Assembly: GCF_004010195.1 (NCBI RefSeq)
Contig: NC_057711.1
Span: 73,903,399 to 73,942,117 of the forward strand
Source: Chiloscyllium plagiosum
Lineage: Eukaryota
Reading direction: 5' to 3'
Length of the DNA stretch: 38,719 nt
Position numbers and translations under genes: made by a program. Of the stretch, positions 25,240-37,567 are shown piece by piece (the stretch's first letter is position 1; the number at the start of each line of letters is the position of its first letter). The notes below the pieces were generated by a model that searched no databases, was not told the origin of the DNA, and worked only from the letters and a program-made list of their open reading frames with translations.

Positions 25240-26610
25240 TAAATTTATTCATTTGCAGGATGTGAGCATTGCTGGGTGGGTCAGCGTTTACTTTCCCATC
25301 TCCATTTGTATTTGAGAAAATGGTGGTGAACTGATTTCTGCAAATCAGGTGGCATCGGTACAACATGTTGCTGTTAGGAAGGAAGTTTCAGAAATTGTCA
25401 TCCAGCAACATTGAAGAAACAGTAATATAGTTCCAAGTCAGACTAGCATGAGGAACTTGCAGGTGGTTGTGTTGCTGTGAATCAGCTGTCCTTATCTTTG
25501 TAATTAGTAGAGGTCATGGTTTTAGAGGATGCTATTGAGGGGGGGGCATGATGGTTAGTACAGCTGCCTCACAGTACCAGGGACCCGGGTTTGATTGTCC
25601 CCTCAGTCAACTGTCTGTGAGACTTCGTGAGTTTCTGCATCATACATATGATACACGCTGCTGCTTGGTGGAGGGAGTGCATGTTTAATGTGGTATATGA
25701 GTTGCCAAACTGAGATACTTTATCCTGACTGGTATCAAGCTCTCGAATATTCTGGAGCTGAAAAGTGGAAAGCATTCCATCACACTCCTGGCTTGTGCCT
25801 TGTAGATAGGTGGTAAGTTACATGCTGCAGAATTCCCTGTTTGATCTAGTAATCAGCAGTCATTTCTATAGCTGGTGCAGTTCTTTTCTGGTCAATGGTA
25901 ACTCCCCAGAATGATCATCGTGGGAGATTCAGTGATGGCAATTCTGTTGAATATTGTAGGGAAATTATTAGATTCTCTCTTGGCATTGTGATGTGAATTT
26001 ACTTACACTTATCAGCACAATCTGAACATTGTCCAGCTCTTACAACAAATGCACATAGTCTACTTCACCAGTGTACTAAACCTAAAAGCCTTCATGTGAA
26101 CAAAAAAGAACAATTCCAGATCCTTCTAACAGAACAGGGTAATGTTCTTCAGTGTTTAATCCCTCTATTTGTAAAACTTTTCCAATGCAAAGAAATTCCC
26201 ATTAGGTCTCTCGGAACTCACTCTCTTACCCATACATAAGTTTTAAGAATCTAGGGCTCCAGAAATACTGACAAGTCACTTTGCATTACAAATCATATCT
26301 GTGGAATGAGTCGAGTTGGCTGAAATCTGGCATCAATGATGATTGGACCTCAGGAGAAGACAATATGGTTCAGCCACTTGGCACGTCTGGCTGAAAATGG
26401 TTGCAACGACATTAGCCTTGTCTTTTGCAATGATGTACTGGGCTCCCTCATGATTGAGTAGGGAGATATTTATGGATTCTCTTCCTCCACACCATTGCAT
26501 AAACATTCACCATTTTACTGGACCGGATGTGACTAGACTGCAGAGCTTGGATCTGATTTGCTGGTTGTGGGATTGCCTATGTCAGTTTATTGCATGTTGT
26601 TTCTGCATGT
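25240..26610 (-). mobile_element. Fragments of a CR1/L2-clade non-LTR retrotransposon, with a SINE head at 25542-25625
   Basis: Shares sequence with 33190-33875 (ggtggtgaactg, gttccaagtc, gtagaggt, cagaattcc, ttctggtcaatgg). Confidence 0.55.
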
Positions 26611-26664
26611 AAACAGTCCTTTTTTTTAGGTTTTTCAGATTTACATCTAATTTTTAGGCTTAAT

Positions 26665-26900
26665 AAAAACAGAAAGAACTGCAGATGCAGTGAATCAGAA
26701 GCAAAAATAGAAATTGCTAGAAAAGCTCAACAGGTCTGGCAGCATCTGTGGAGACAGTTCAGAGATAATGTTTCGGGTCAACTGACCCTTCATCAGAATG
26801 ACTCTGTGGGAGAGTCACTCAACCTGAAACATAATCTCTGATTTGTCTTCACAGATGCTGCCAGACGTGCTGAGCTTGTCCAGCAATTTTCATTTTTGTC
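26665..26900. mobile_element. Penelope-like palindromic insertion with a hammerhead core on the minus strand
   Basis: gaaattgctagaaaagctcaacaggtctggcagcatctgtg is mirrored by cacagatgctgccagacgtgctgagcttgtccagcaattttc; minus strand 26766-26796 reads CTGATGA-a-GGGTCA gt TGACCC-GAAAC-ATTA. Confidence 0.75.
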
Positions 26901-28997
26901 TTGAATATGTCTGGTGCTGTTCTTCACATATCTTCCTGTACGTTTCATTGAACTAAAGTTGATCACCCGGCACAATGACAGTTTTAGAACAGTGATCATG
27001 CTAAACCATCAGGTTGCAGATTGTAGTTGAATCCAATTCTGCTGCTGCTAAAGGCCCAAAGTTCCTCATAGATGCCCTGTTTTGAGATACTAGATTTGAT
27101 TTGCACTTAATCCATTTAGCGCAGAGTGAAATGTATCCTCAATGTGAAAACATTTCTCATATGTGCAAGTCAGTAAGCAGTGGACACCTCTAACATTGGA
27201 TGTCTGACTTCTTCCACAAGAACTGAAATTTCGACAGATGTCTCCAAGAGACAGATCTTGGATTGTACATTTAACGCCGAGTATTTGCATGTTATTGATA
27301 CAGGAAAGGCCACTTTCCTATGAAAATGTCAACTTTCTCTCTTTGCAGACTAGTGATGCTAAAAACATTTCTCCTGTTTACATTTTGTTATTTAAAGTTA
27401 TTCATTAAAATAACTTACTTCCGCTCACATACCCTTTTTAATCTCTTCATAAAACAAATTGCCTTCATTATGTTGAAATTGTGGTATGTAACATGTCACC
27501 CTATAGCCAGAATTTCTTGTGGGAGATGGACCTAATCTCACATAATGTTCCTGCTACCTTTCTCCATCTCTGTCTAGAGACTGCTGGAATTTTGTTTGGC
27601 AATTCAGGCCCTAAGTGATTTGGTGATGGACCTACATCCCTGAAGTAGGAATGGAAGTAAGTGATAGGTTCATAGGGCCACATTCATTTCCAAAAGCACT
27701 CTTGGCTGTATTTTTCTGATGTTGTCAGCAGCTCCTCTATTCAGAGTTAAACTTTCTGACCAATTGAATCCCTAAATTACCCTTCAGACAGTCCCCACAT
27801 CCTCATCCACTATACACATTATGAACACACTACATTATTACAGTCAGCAGCTGATAAAAAGCTCATAAAACTCGCCAATGAACAAACAGACTTCAGAACT
27901 ACAGTTGCAACAGATATTCAGGCCAAATACAAAAACAGAAAGTGCGAATTTGAAACAATTAGACATTGTTATTATTCCAGGCTACATTTTCACACATTAA
28001 AATTCTACCATTTTATTCTGAACAATTTTAATTCATCAGAAGACTTTCCCACATTTGCAGTGCTAATTATTTTATTTGACAGCTGTATGTTTGTATAAGT
28101 AACAATCTGGCAAACATTTTTTTAAGGGTTAGTTAGTTACATCTTTCAATCACAGCACTGTCATGATCCACCTTAAAAAAATAGAGATTCAATTCATGTT
28201 ACAGCATTAAATGTTGAATGGTAAAAAAATCAAAAGCATTTCACTTACTTTTTAAACACTTCCCATCTCCAATGCATGGTTTCCATTTCCACACAACTGG
28301 TATAAAAACCAACAGGTCATCTCCATGAACATTAAAAGAACTATCATATTAAAGCTTCCAATGAATCCACAATGCAAATAATTGCTTCACCAGTTGGGGT
28401 GAGTAGGTTTGGGGGATTTGCTTTCATTGGCACTTTGGAAAATATTCAAGGGCAGAACACAAAGTGGGGCATCTGGGTGCCCCATTGAGCAGCCAAACCT
28501 TTCAGGTCCTGATATCATTTGGTCCCAAATGAGAAATTAATGAAAACTCATACTCTGGCATTAGGCTTTCTTAGGCTTGCATCATAAAATTACTAACCAA
28601 AGCATTTAAATGTGAAATGGAACATTACGCCCTGTACTACGTTAGCAATTATGCACCAGAAGTATGTGTCCATTAGACAATTCTGCTTTTAATATTGTAC
28701 ATTGGGCATTAAAAGTACTTGTTGGAAATGTGGTGCAACTGGAAGGAAACTCTGCATTCTAACCCATGGATTAAGTCACAGTTAGTCAATTTAAAAGATT
28801 ATTTACATTCAGTCCCACTTCTAACATTGACTGAATGATATAAAATTGTCAACACATTGCAATCTGCTCAATCTCTGTTGTATTATGAGTGCTTTCATAA
28901 AACATCACTGAAAAATATGCATTGAGAATTCTGTTATGCATCAAAGGTTAAAGTACAGATATTATCATTAAGCTCAAGTGAGAGAATGCTTACCAAC

Positions 28998-29099
28998 CTC
29001 ATCTTGTAGAGTCTGCAGCTTATTAGCACTGCTCATCCATCCTGCTGATGTTGAATTTTGTTCCCCTAATGTCCTTCCATCCAAGTTATCTTTCAACCT
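28998..29099 (-). CDS. Kinesin-14 gene exon (linker / start of coiled coil)
   Basis: Pyrimidine tract ttctttccttttctct...taag| then RLKDNLDGRTLGEQNSTSAGWMSSANKLQTLQDE|gttggt. The phase-0 end joins the neck exon. An alternative acceptor 2 nt further in (start 29097) fits a phase-2 upstream exon. Confidence 0.7.
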
Positions 29100-29149
29100 C
29101 TTAAGTTCAGTTAGAGAAAAGGAAAGAAATGGTGTTAATTTTTTATTAT

Positions 29150-29600
29150 TTATGTTCTGATAGAAAATCTATGGGACTCCCTTTTATTTTAGTAGCCAGT
29201 CTTTTCTCATTTTTTATCTTTGTTTTTCTCATTTCCATTTTCATTTCCTACTGGATTCTTCTATACTCAGCCTGTTCTTGGTTGTATTGCTCCCCTGACA
29301 CAAGTTTTCTTCTTCATCTTCATTTCGAATCTGTTCGCGCATGCAGAGTTCTATATTTGTTTTCCATCCATTTCCACTTCTTGGGAATATACTTTGTGCA
29401 TGCCCACATTATTCAGACACCATTTTGCCCGTCAACTCCAATTCAGCTAGGCCAGATTCTTTCTCAGCTACTGACATTTACCTTTCCTCTGCTAAATTAC
29501 TCTTGATTTACTGTAATTATGTTTCACTTTTGGGTGTTGATTCACCACATGACCCCTTTCTCTGCTTCAATAATCTATGTTTCAAACATAGATCGATCCC
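29150..29600 (-). mobile_element. Old CR1 ORF2 fragment
   Basis: Minus strand encodes broken KYIPKK and EKRLATKIKGSP segments resembling the CR1 linker between endonuclease and RT. Confidence 0.5.
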
Positions 29601-30011
29601 TCAAAAATTAGAAAATATAGTAGAAAATGTTACTGTGGTCAGAGTTTTGCCAAGAGTTATTTTGCTTACTTTGATGAGGACATAAGTGAATAGCCAGGAG
29701 AGACAAGACAGTGAATTGCAACCAGTGAAATAAAGCAAAATTGAATTTTAATTATCAAAACATTTTGAATTATGAACTTTATTCAATTGAACTGCTGGTT
29801 CCTATTACATTAAGCACTTACATAGTAGCATTCAAAATATATATATATTGTTTCTGTGTCAGGCAACAATAAGTTTTTGAGCAATGGAACACAAGTTGAC
29901 ACATTCATTTCCATGTTCAGTATAAGTAGTTTAGTACTACTATGAAGATATTCCATGATCTAATTTTTGTTTTCCAATGCCCTAAACTTTCTTTGCTTTA
30001 AATGTTTTATT

Positions 30012-30755
30012 TAGAGTCATAGAGTCAGAGATGTACAGCATGGAAACAGACCCTTTGGTCCAACTTGTCCATGCCAACCAGATATCATAACAAAATCTAG
30101 TCCCATTTATCCAGCACTTGGCCCATATCCCTCTAAACCCTTCCTATTCATATACCCATCCAGCCACCTTCCTCTGGCAGCTCATTCCATACACGTACCA
30201 CCCTCTGCGTGAAAAGGTTGCCCCTTAGGTCCCTTTTAAATTTTTCCCCTCTCACCCTAAACCTATGCATTTTAGTTCTGGACTCCCCTACCCCAGGGAA
30301 AAGACCTTGTCTATTTACCTTATACCCCTCATCCCTCCATGCTCCAGGGAAAACAGCTCCAGCCTATTCAACCTCTCCCTATAGCTCAAATCCTCCAAAC
30401 CTGGCAATATCCTTGTAAACCTTTTATGAACCCTTTCAAGTTTCACAACATCCTTCCGATATGAGGAAGACCAGAACTGAACACAATAATACTCCAAACG
30501 TGGTCTAACCAATGTCCTATATAGCTGCAACATGACCTCCTAATTCCTATACTCAAGCACTGATCAATAAAGGAAAGCATACCAAATGCTTTCTTCACTA
30601 TCCTATCTACCTGCGACTCCACTTTTAAGGAACTATGAACCTGCACTTCAAGGTCTCTTTTTTTCAGCAACACTCCTCAGGACTTTGCCAGTAAGTGTAT
30701 AAGTCCTCACATTCATCTAAATTAAACTCCAAGTGCCACACCTCAGTCCATTGGC
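30012..30755 (-). mobile_element. CR1 LINE 3' fragment
   Basis: ORFs MLQLYRTLVRPRLEYYCVQFWS...KLERVHKRFTRILPGL and RDLEVQVHSSLKVESQVDRIVKKAFGML; tail tagagtcatagagtc. Confidence 0.92.
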
Positions 30756-30777
30756 CAATTGCGCCTTCCTGATAAAA

Positions 30778-30950
30778 GTCACCAAAGTCTTACCAGACCA
30801 CAGGGATGTTCTCTCATTAGAGAGAGATGACTGATGGTGGTTTATTCTGAGGGTCAGTTGATAGGAAAGGATGAGAAGGAGAGTCCTTCAAGGTAACTTC
30901 AGCCAGAGTGGGAATAGAACTCACTCTGTTGGGATCACTCTGCATCGCAA
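30778..30950 (-). mobile_element. tRNA-derived SINE fragment of a second family
   Basis: Minus strand gatgcagagtgatcccaacagagtgagttctattcc (B-box-like)...gaaggactctccttctca...tggtctggtaagact. Confidence 0.5.
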
Positions 30951-31079
30951 AGGGAGCAACTCTCCTCTTAATATGACCTCTATGATATAGCTGTAGCATC
31001 CACATGAACTATATTACAGCAATGCTTTAATGTTTGTGTAACTGTAGCCAGAATGTAGTATCATCATCCAATCTTATGC

Positions 31080-31222
31080 CTGAGTGAATGACTGGAGAGA
31101 CGTTTGGAGGTTGGAGTCTTGCTTTCAAGTTGGTCCTCAGATTTCGCATTCAAGTCATCTTCCAACTTTCGTTATTTCTTGTGAAATACGAATGCTGTGT
31201 CAATGAACTAAAAAAGGTCTAT
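31080..31222 (-). pseudogene. Degenerate exon with TAG and TAA stops and a non-canonical donor
   Basis: ggcttcag|IDLF*FIDTAFVFHKK*RKLEDDLNAKSEDQLESKTPTSKRLSSHSL, then AG|gcataa. The phase-0 start matches the previous exon; the 3' boundary is uncertain. Confidence 0.55.
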
Positions 31223-31339
31223 CTGAAGCCAATAAGTCAGTGCTTGTGAATTGTAGAAATAAAGATATAAGCTTTGTGCATGTGTTAGGAGGAATATACA
31301 CAAATTGGAAACACCCTTGGACTGGTTACAAAAATAATT

Positions 31340-32160
31340 GGTGAGTCAACTTTCAGATGATATAGCTGGTAGTAAGCTCTGATTTGAGGAATGCAGTACA
31401 CTTCTGTAGTTGCATACACACATTAGACAATTAAACATAGGACCTTGGGTAGTGCTGTGGAACACAGATCGAGGGGCTCAGGTGCATAATTCTTTGATGT
31501 TTGTGTCACATAAACTCAGGGTGGTTAAGGCAGCATTTAGCAAGCTTGCCTTTATTGCTCAAATCTTTCAGTATACGAATTGAAATGGTATGTTGAGGTT
31601 GTACAAGATGTTGGTGAGGCATCTCCTGGAGTATTCTGCCCAGTTCTGATTATCCTATCATAGGAAGGATATTATTAAGATGGAGAGGGCTCAGAAGAGA
31701 TTTATCAGGATGTTGCTGGGAATGGACGCTTTGAATTATGGGGAGACGCTGGATAGCTGCGACATTTTTTTTACTGGAGTGTAGGAGATAGAGAAGTGAC
31801 CTTATAGAGGTTTATAAAATCATGATAAGGTGGATGGCAGGTATCTTTTCCCTAACGTGGGAGATTTCAAGACTAGAGGGCATATTTTTAAAGAGAGAAA
31901 AAGATTTTAAAAAGGTGCAATTTTTTATGTAGAGAGTGGTTCGGGCGTGGAATGAGCTGACAGAGGAAGTGATGAATGCAGAGGTACAGTTACAATGTTG
32001 AAAAGATGTTTCGATAAGTACATGAACAAATAATGTTTGGAGGGATTTGACCAAGTGCAGGGAGGTGGGATTAGTTTAGTTTGGGATTATGTTTGGCATG
32101 GATTAGTTGGACTGAAGGGTCTGTTTCTGTGCTGTATGACTCTATGATTCTATGACTCTA
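31340..32160 (+). mobile_element. CR1 LINE 3' fragment
   Basis: Broken LYKMLVRHLLEY and LIEVYKIM motifs; 3' tail tatgactctatgattctatgactcta. Confidence 0.88.
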
Positions 32161-32347
32161 AGATGAAGTGATTGAGTGAAACTTAAGCTGTACTTAAATA
32201 TTTTGTTTATGAGGGGTACTTGGCACTGAGGTAAGTTGAAATGTTCCATTTTCAAACCTAACCAATTTCACAAGAATCGACACAAACAAAAATCACTTTT
32301 CTAATAAAATGCTGCTTTCTTTAAGCAATAGTGTATTTTTTACTCAC

Positions 32348-32445
32348 CTGTCCATGACTAATGTTGATATCAGCAGCAAACGGATGTTTAATTTTCTCTC
32401 GACCCAGATCAAACCCGAACTTTGGCTCTTGTATTTTTTGAGAAC
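32348..32445 (-). CDS. Kinesin-14 gene exon (non-motor region)
   Basis: tttaaaag|...CAG|gtgagt; 98 nt open: GSQKIQEPKFGFDLGREKIKHPFAADINISHGQ; phase 1 to phase 0. Confidence 0.8.
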
Positions 32446-33189
32446 CTTTTAAACATATCATTTAAAAAAGAATTATTGAAATTGCTGTAACTTATGAACA
32501 TTACTTAATGTAATTAATAAAGATGGAGGGCTTCTATTGAGTTGAATGAAAAAATAGAAGTAACACTTCAGCATGAATTATCCAAGCTGAAAGCAAAAAC
32601 CACCATTTTAAATGAATTCAAGCAAAGAAAACATGCTTTTTCTCTGCATTGAAAGCCTGATTAGAGTTTCTGCCAGAAAAATATGCATGTTAGGCACAGA
32701 GCAAAAGAAAGGCAACTAAAAGCCAATAGATATTGTACGTTATATTCAACACATGTTTGTTCTGCATTCTTACCATTCCAAAGCTTAGCTTTTGTTTTAA
32801 AATGTCAGGTCTCATTATTCACTGTTAGCCAACACAATGAGCTATATTTTCCTGTTCAAGTCATTAGCTTGGCTTTGGGCTGAGTTCAAGCTAATGAAGC
32901 TAGATGTAAGAGTTATGGGGCATCAAAGATATTTCTGGAGGAGGTCAAGTAAGAAATTGCCTCTGTGAGCATCATTTACAAAAGGACAGCTCACAGCTTG
33001 AGGACATGGGAATGCCAGACTGCTTGAAGTGAAAGATAATCCCACTGTGGATTCTATGTGATCATAAGGTGAATGGAAAAAGAGACTATGGTATAAGATG
33101 GAAGTACCATCTGCTCATGTGCCCTGCTGCCAGTTTCTCATCTCCAACACTGCCTGTGCTAAGCAAACAATTTCATTCATATTGAGTTC

Positions 33190-35005
33190 ACTGGCTAGGC
33201 CAGCATTTATTGCCTAAATTGACTGACTCTTAAGAAGGTATTGGTGAACTGTTAACTTGAAATTCTGCAGTCTGTTTAGGATAGGTACATTCAGTGTATG
33301 GTTCAGAAGGGAGCTCCAGGCTTTTGGCCTTGAGATAGTTAAGAAATAGTGATATCGTTCCAAGTCTGGATGGTGTAGGACTCTGAGGGGAACCTGGAAG
33401 TGGCAGTGTTCCAGTGAATCTGCTTCCCTTGACCTGAGAGGTAGTAGAGGTTTGGGGTTTGGAAGGTACTATTGAGTGAGGCTTAGAAAATTGCTGCAGT
33501 GCACCTTATATGTGGTACATGGCCACTGTGAACTGGTGTTGTGGGAATGAATTTGAAGATGGTGCAAGTGAGTTGCTGATCAAGGAGGCGAGGTTGACCC
33601 TCAGTTTTTTCAGTGCTATTGGAGGTACACTCATCCAGACAATACAGTGTAATCCATCACTTTCCTGAAATGAGCCTTGCAAATAGTGGACTAACTTTGG
33701 GAAGTAAGGAGTAAGCTACTCACTACAGAATTCCATGCATTTGCCTTGCTCTTGTAACCAGAATACCTCTATGGCTACTGACATTTCATTTTTGGTCAAA
33801 GGCAGCTCCTAGGATATTGCAGTGAGGTATTCAGTGATAGGGAGATGGTTAGATTATCTCTTGTTCAAGAAGACCATTGGGCAAGATAAACAAAGCAAGT
33901 GAACACATTTTGATGATCAGAGGATCATTGACATGCATTTTCATTGGTTCCTTAATGGGGCAGGACAGGTAGGTAAAATGGCTAAGTAGGCATATGGGAT
34001 ATTTGTCTTTATCGGCTAAGGCATAGATTATAAGAGCAGGGAGGTTACCCTGGAGCTGCATAAAAAGAATTGGTTAGACAAAGGCTAGAGAGCATTGTGT
34101 ACAGTACAGGAATCCACATGATAGGAAGGATGTGATTCAGCTGGAGAGGGTGCAGAGGAGATTAACCAGAATGTTTCCTGGACTGGAGAGTTTTAGTTAT
34201 GAAGAGAGTTTGGACAGACTGGGGTTGATTTCCTTGGAGCAGAGGAGACTGAAGGAACTGTGACAGAGATGTATACAATTATGAGGGGCATAGAGAGGGT
34301 AGACAGGAAGACTTAGTGAAAGGATTGATGTCAGGAGCTACAGATTATCGTGAAAGAATGAGTCATAGTCATAGAGGCACTGAATATGGCCTGATACCAG
34401 CTCATCTAGTTTGAACCAGTCAAAAGCAGCCACCTATTTATTCTAATCTCATTTTCCAGAACTTGGCCAATAGCCTTGAATACCTTGACAATGTAAGTGC
34501 ACATTTAAATAATTCTTAAATGTTATGGGGGTTCCTGCCTCTAATACCATTCTGGGCAGCGAGTTTCAGATTCCCCACCATCCTCTGTGTGAAAATACAT
34601 GCCCTCACATCCCTACCAAACTTCCTGTCCCTTCCCTTCAGAAGTGATCTTGTTGAAACATACAAACTACTTAAAGGGATAGATGGGTTGGATATATGTA
34701 AGATGGTTCACTTGCTTGGTAAGTCTGGAACCAGGGGGGCAATTTAAAAATAAAGGAAGACCATTGATTTCCGATATGAGAAGAATTTGCACTCTCAGAG
34801 GGTTGTGAACCTTTCAAATTCTCTATCACAGGGGCTGATAGAAGCTCAGTCTTTGAGTATGTTTAAGGTAGAGATTGACAGATTTCTGATTATCAATGGA
34901 AAATGGGGTTATGGGGATGGGGTGGGCAAATGGCATTGATCAATCATGCTCGTTTTGAATGGTGGAGCATTTCCAAAAGGCTACATGGTCTGCTGACACT
35001 CCTAG
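33190..35005. mobile_element. Cluster of nested LINE fragments (33190-33875 minus, 33880-34340 plus, 34365-34640 minus, 34640-35005 plus)
   Basis: CR1 motifs ctggagagggtgcagaggagattaaccagaatg (LERVQRRLTRM) and DLVETYKLLKG; boundaries approximate. Confidence 0.7.
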
Positions 35006-35644
35006 GAAACAAATTTGCTGCTGCCAGGGGTGAACTCAGTACAGAGTTCAGACTATCTAGTGGTCACTCCTTCCCAGTAACATCACGACAGATCTATCTA
35101 CATCATCGATTAGTGAGCATGAAGTCATGCAGGTTACTTCTTCAGGTTAGATCACTCCCTCTCAGTTTTAGTCTATTTCTAATCTTCAGAATTCAAATCA
35201 GCTTGGTCAATGTTGTATCTTTGAGTCACTTTTGGAGAGAACAGACTCATAGAAGGCTTTACTACAGATAAGAATGCTAGGATGCATCGATCCAGTAAAT
35301 TTAGGAATAGTTTCTTTGGCAGACGTAATGGAGGCTATTGCAGGGAAATCAGAAAGGAAAAGTTGGATGCTGTCATAAAGGGACAGTGGAATCTGTCTGG
35401 GTGGATGAAATAACAGAGCTGTACCTCTAGTTTTGAAAGAACACAAGAGAAACAATAGGAGGCATAAATGATTTGGACCAAATGGTCTGTTTCTGTGCCA
35501 TACATCTCTATGACTCTAAGTGTAGAAAAAAATCTAAAGGAAGTTCAACAGTTTTAAAGTAATTATTTCAAAGGGATTTAAAATTAATAGTACAATAGGT
35601 AATCTTGTTAAATAATTCTATTCATTCAAATGTAAGTATCCTAC

Positions 35645-35778
35645 CTGCGATAATAAAGTTCAGTCGATCATTAATACATCCAGACCTGATTGTACTTAAT
35701 ACTTCCAGCAGAATTTCTGCTTCCCAAAGATCAACTTGGGCTTCTTCCAAACTCAGGAATTCCTCTGGAATCTGATCC
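35645..35778 (-). CDS. Kinesin-14 gene exon (non-motor region)
   Basis: attttgcag|...GCAG|gtagga; 134 nt open: DQIPEEFLSLEEAQVDLWEAEILLEVLSTIRSGCINDRLNFIIA; phases 2 and 1 match both neighbours. Confidence 0.8.
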
Positions 35779-36145
35779 CTGCAAAATATGTCAATTAGCT
35801 CTGAATCATTGACATCAACCGAATATGATCATAGAATTAAAGTGCATGGGGAAAAGCTAGTGAGAAATATTACATTTAACATGTTACTAAAGAAAAGAGA
35901 TAGCAAAGAGAACACTGACAGTCTAGAAAGTGGAGTCTTAATAATAGAAAATAAGGAAATGAAGATTAATTAAGTTGGTAGTTGGCATAAGCTATAATGG
36001 TAAGTGAGGGAGAAACTCAGGAAAATCATTCTCATGAATAAAAAAGACCTGCAGTGTGGTTCTTGGAGATCTTCTTAAAAAGTGGATAGTGAGATAATTC
36101 ATGCATTAATTTCAAATTTCCAAAACTCCTCTCTTCAGCAAGGGG

Positions 36146-36275
36146 CTGAGGAATGGTCACCAGACATGAAACGTTAACGCTGATTACTCTTCACAAATGC
36201 TGCCAGACCTGCTGAGCTTTTCCAGCAAGTTCTGTTTTTGTTTCTGACTTACAGCATCCACAGTCCTTTCGGCTT
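36146..36275 (+). mobile_element. Penelope-like terminal repeat starting at a hammerhead core
   Basis: CTGAGGA-atggtc acca gacat-GAAAC-GTT, then gctgccagacctgctgagcttttccagcaa. Confidence 0.7.
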
Positions 36276-37393
36276 CTATAGGTGAGTTACTTAACTTAGG
36301 TCAGAGTGAAAACGTAGGAAATCATATTAGAGATATTATGGCAGAGCATCTGGCTAAGTTGAAGGAGATCAGACAAGAGTCAACATGCATTTTGTGAAGG
36401 GAACAGACATAAAATTGGGAATCCTGGGAGGAATCCCAGACTTGGTGAACATCCAGGCCAATGTCTAACTGTCATCCCCTGTGCTATGTGAAAATGAAAA
36501 GGGTAAAATGAGCAGAAACTCCCTGAGCGATGGTATAACTTACAAGGTAGACTGACTGAACTAGATTTCATCTGAAGTACTTATTTTGTTAAAAGATGTT
36601 GTACCTAGTAAAATCTGTGGATTTTCCATCAGTTACCCTTTCAGCATTTATCATATCTTGTTGTACTTTGTCCAAAGATTCCTTGGCTTCTATTGTCTTT
36701 CGAAGACTGTCATGCAAAAGGTTGTCAATGAGTTGCTGTGCTTCTGGAATTTCATTGTAAATGAAATGAAGCTGGTGGAAAATAGAAATAAATTACTGGT
36801 TTTAAAGATGGAGTAACTGTGTTAAACAGAAAGGTGGATTTTTAACATAATATGCAAAATGCACATCTTTCGTTCTCTACATTGTTTTTTTTTTCTAGAA
36901 CCATCCTTGAATACATTGCACTTGTACAGATCTGTGGGAGATGTCATTGTATCCAGGTTACCCATCACTTTCTATTAACTTATCATACTTTATAATACTA
37001 CATCACTTAATTCAGCCATGAACTCTAACCCCAACAGCAGTCTCAGTAATAGTGAACTGAAATGTTATTGAGTACATGGGTGTGACAGTTCTGTATTATA
37101 CAAACATTTCATACAATAGTAAGATGAGTGACTTCAGGGGAAACCAGAGGGATCACTTGTCATTCTGTTGTGTTCACTCAGTTGTGGACTTGACTGAGAC
37201 AGGTATCTGCTTCCTGCTCGCAAATAAAAAAGGTACACATTCATCGCAATGTATTACTTTGATTTTTTTTATCTCAGCAGGCTGAGCCTTCCCATCTCAA
37301 TTTAGTGGATGTTCTTGTGTATGTATTCTGTTTCTCAAAAGCAGAGTCAGCTCTGAGTACATTAATGTAGCTGTTGCTAATATGTTATATGAA

Positions 37394-37451
37394 GTCAAAT
37401 CGCTGGAAGGAAAAGTGGCGTCAAATCGCTGGAAGGAAAAGTGGCGTCAAA
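37394..37451 (+). repeat. Perfect 26-bp tandem duplication
   Basis: gtcaaatcgctggaaggaaaagtggc x2 + gtcaaa. Confidence 0.95.
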
Positions 37452-37567
37452 CATTTGAGAAACATTTGAAGCTTGCCATTTCATGCTCCTACGTTGCAGT
37501 AAATGCATGAGTGATATTCTCCATTAACAGGATAATGACATTCAAGCCAAAAGGATGTTCTGTTTAC

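Noticed and set aside
29129..29685. Overlapping hydrophobic plus-strand ORFs resembling membrane proteins
   Set aside because: They are the T-rich antisense of an A-rich LINE remnant.
36899..36956. Plus-strand exon-like segment after a T-rich tract and AG
   Set aside because: Weak donor (gttacc), no partner exons found; T-runs are common here.
37394..37451. CRISPR-like repeat
   Set aside because: Adjacent copies with no spacers, eukaryotic context and no cas genes.
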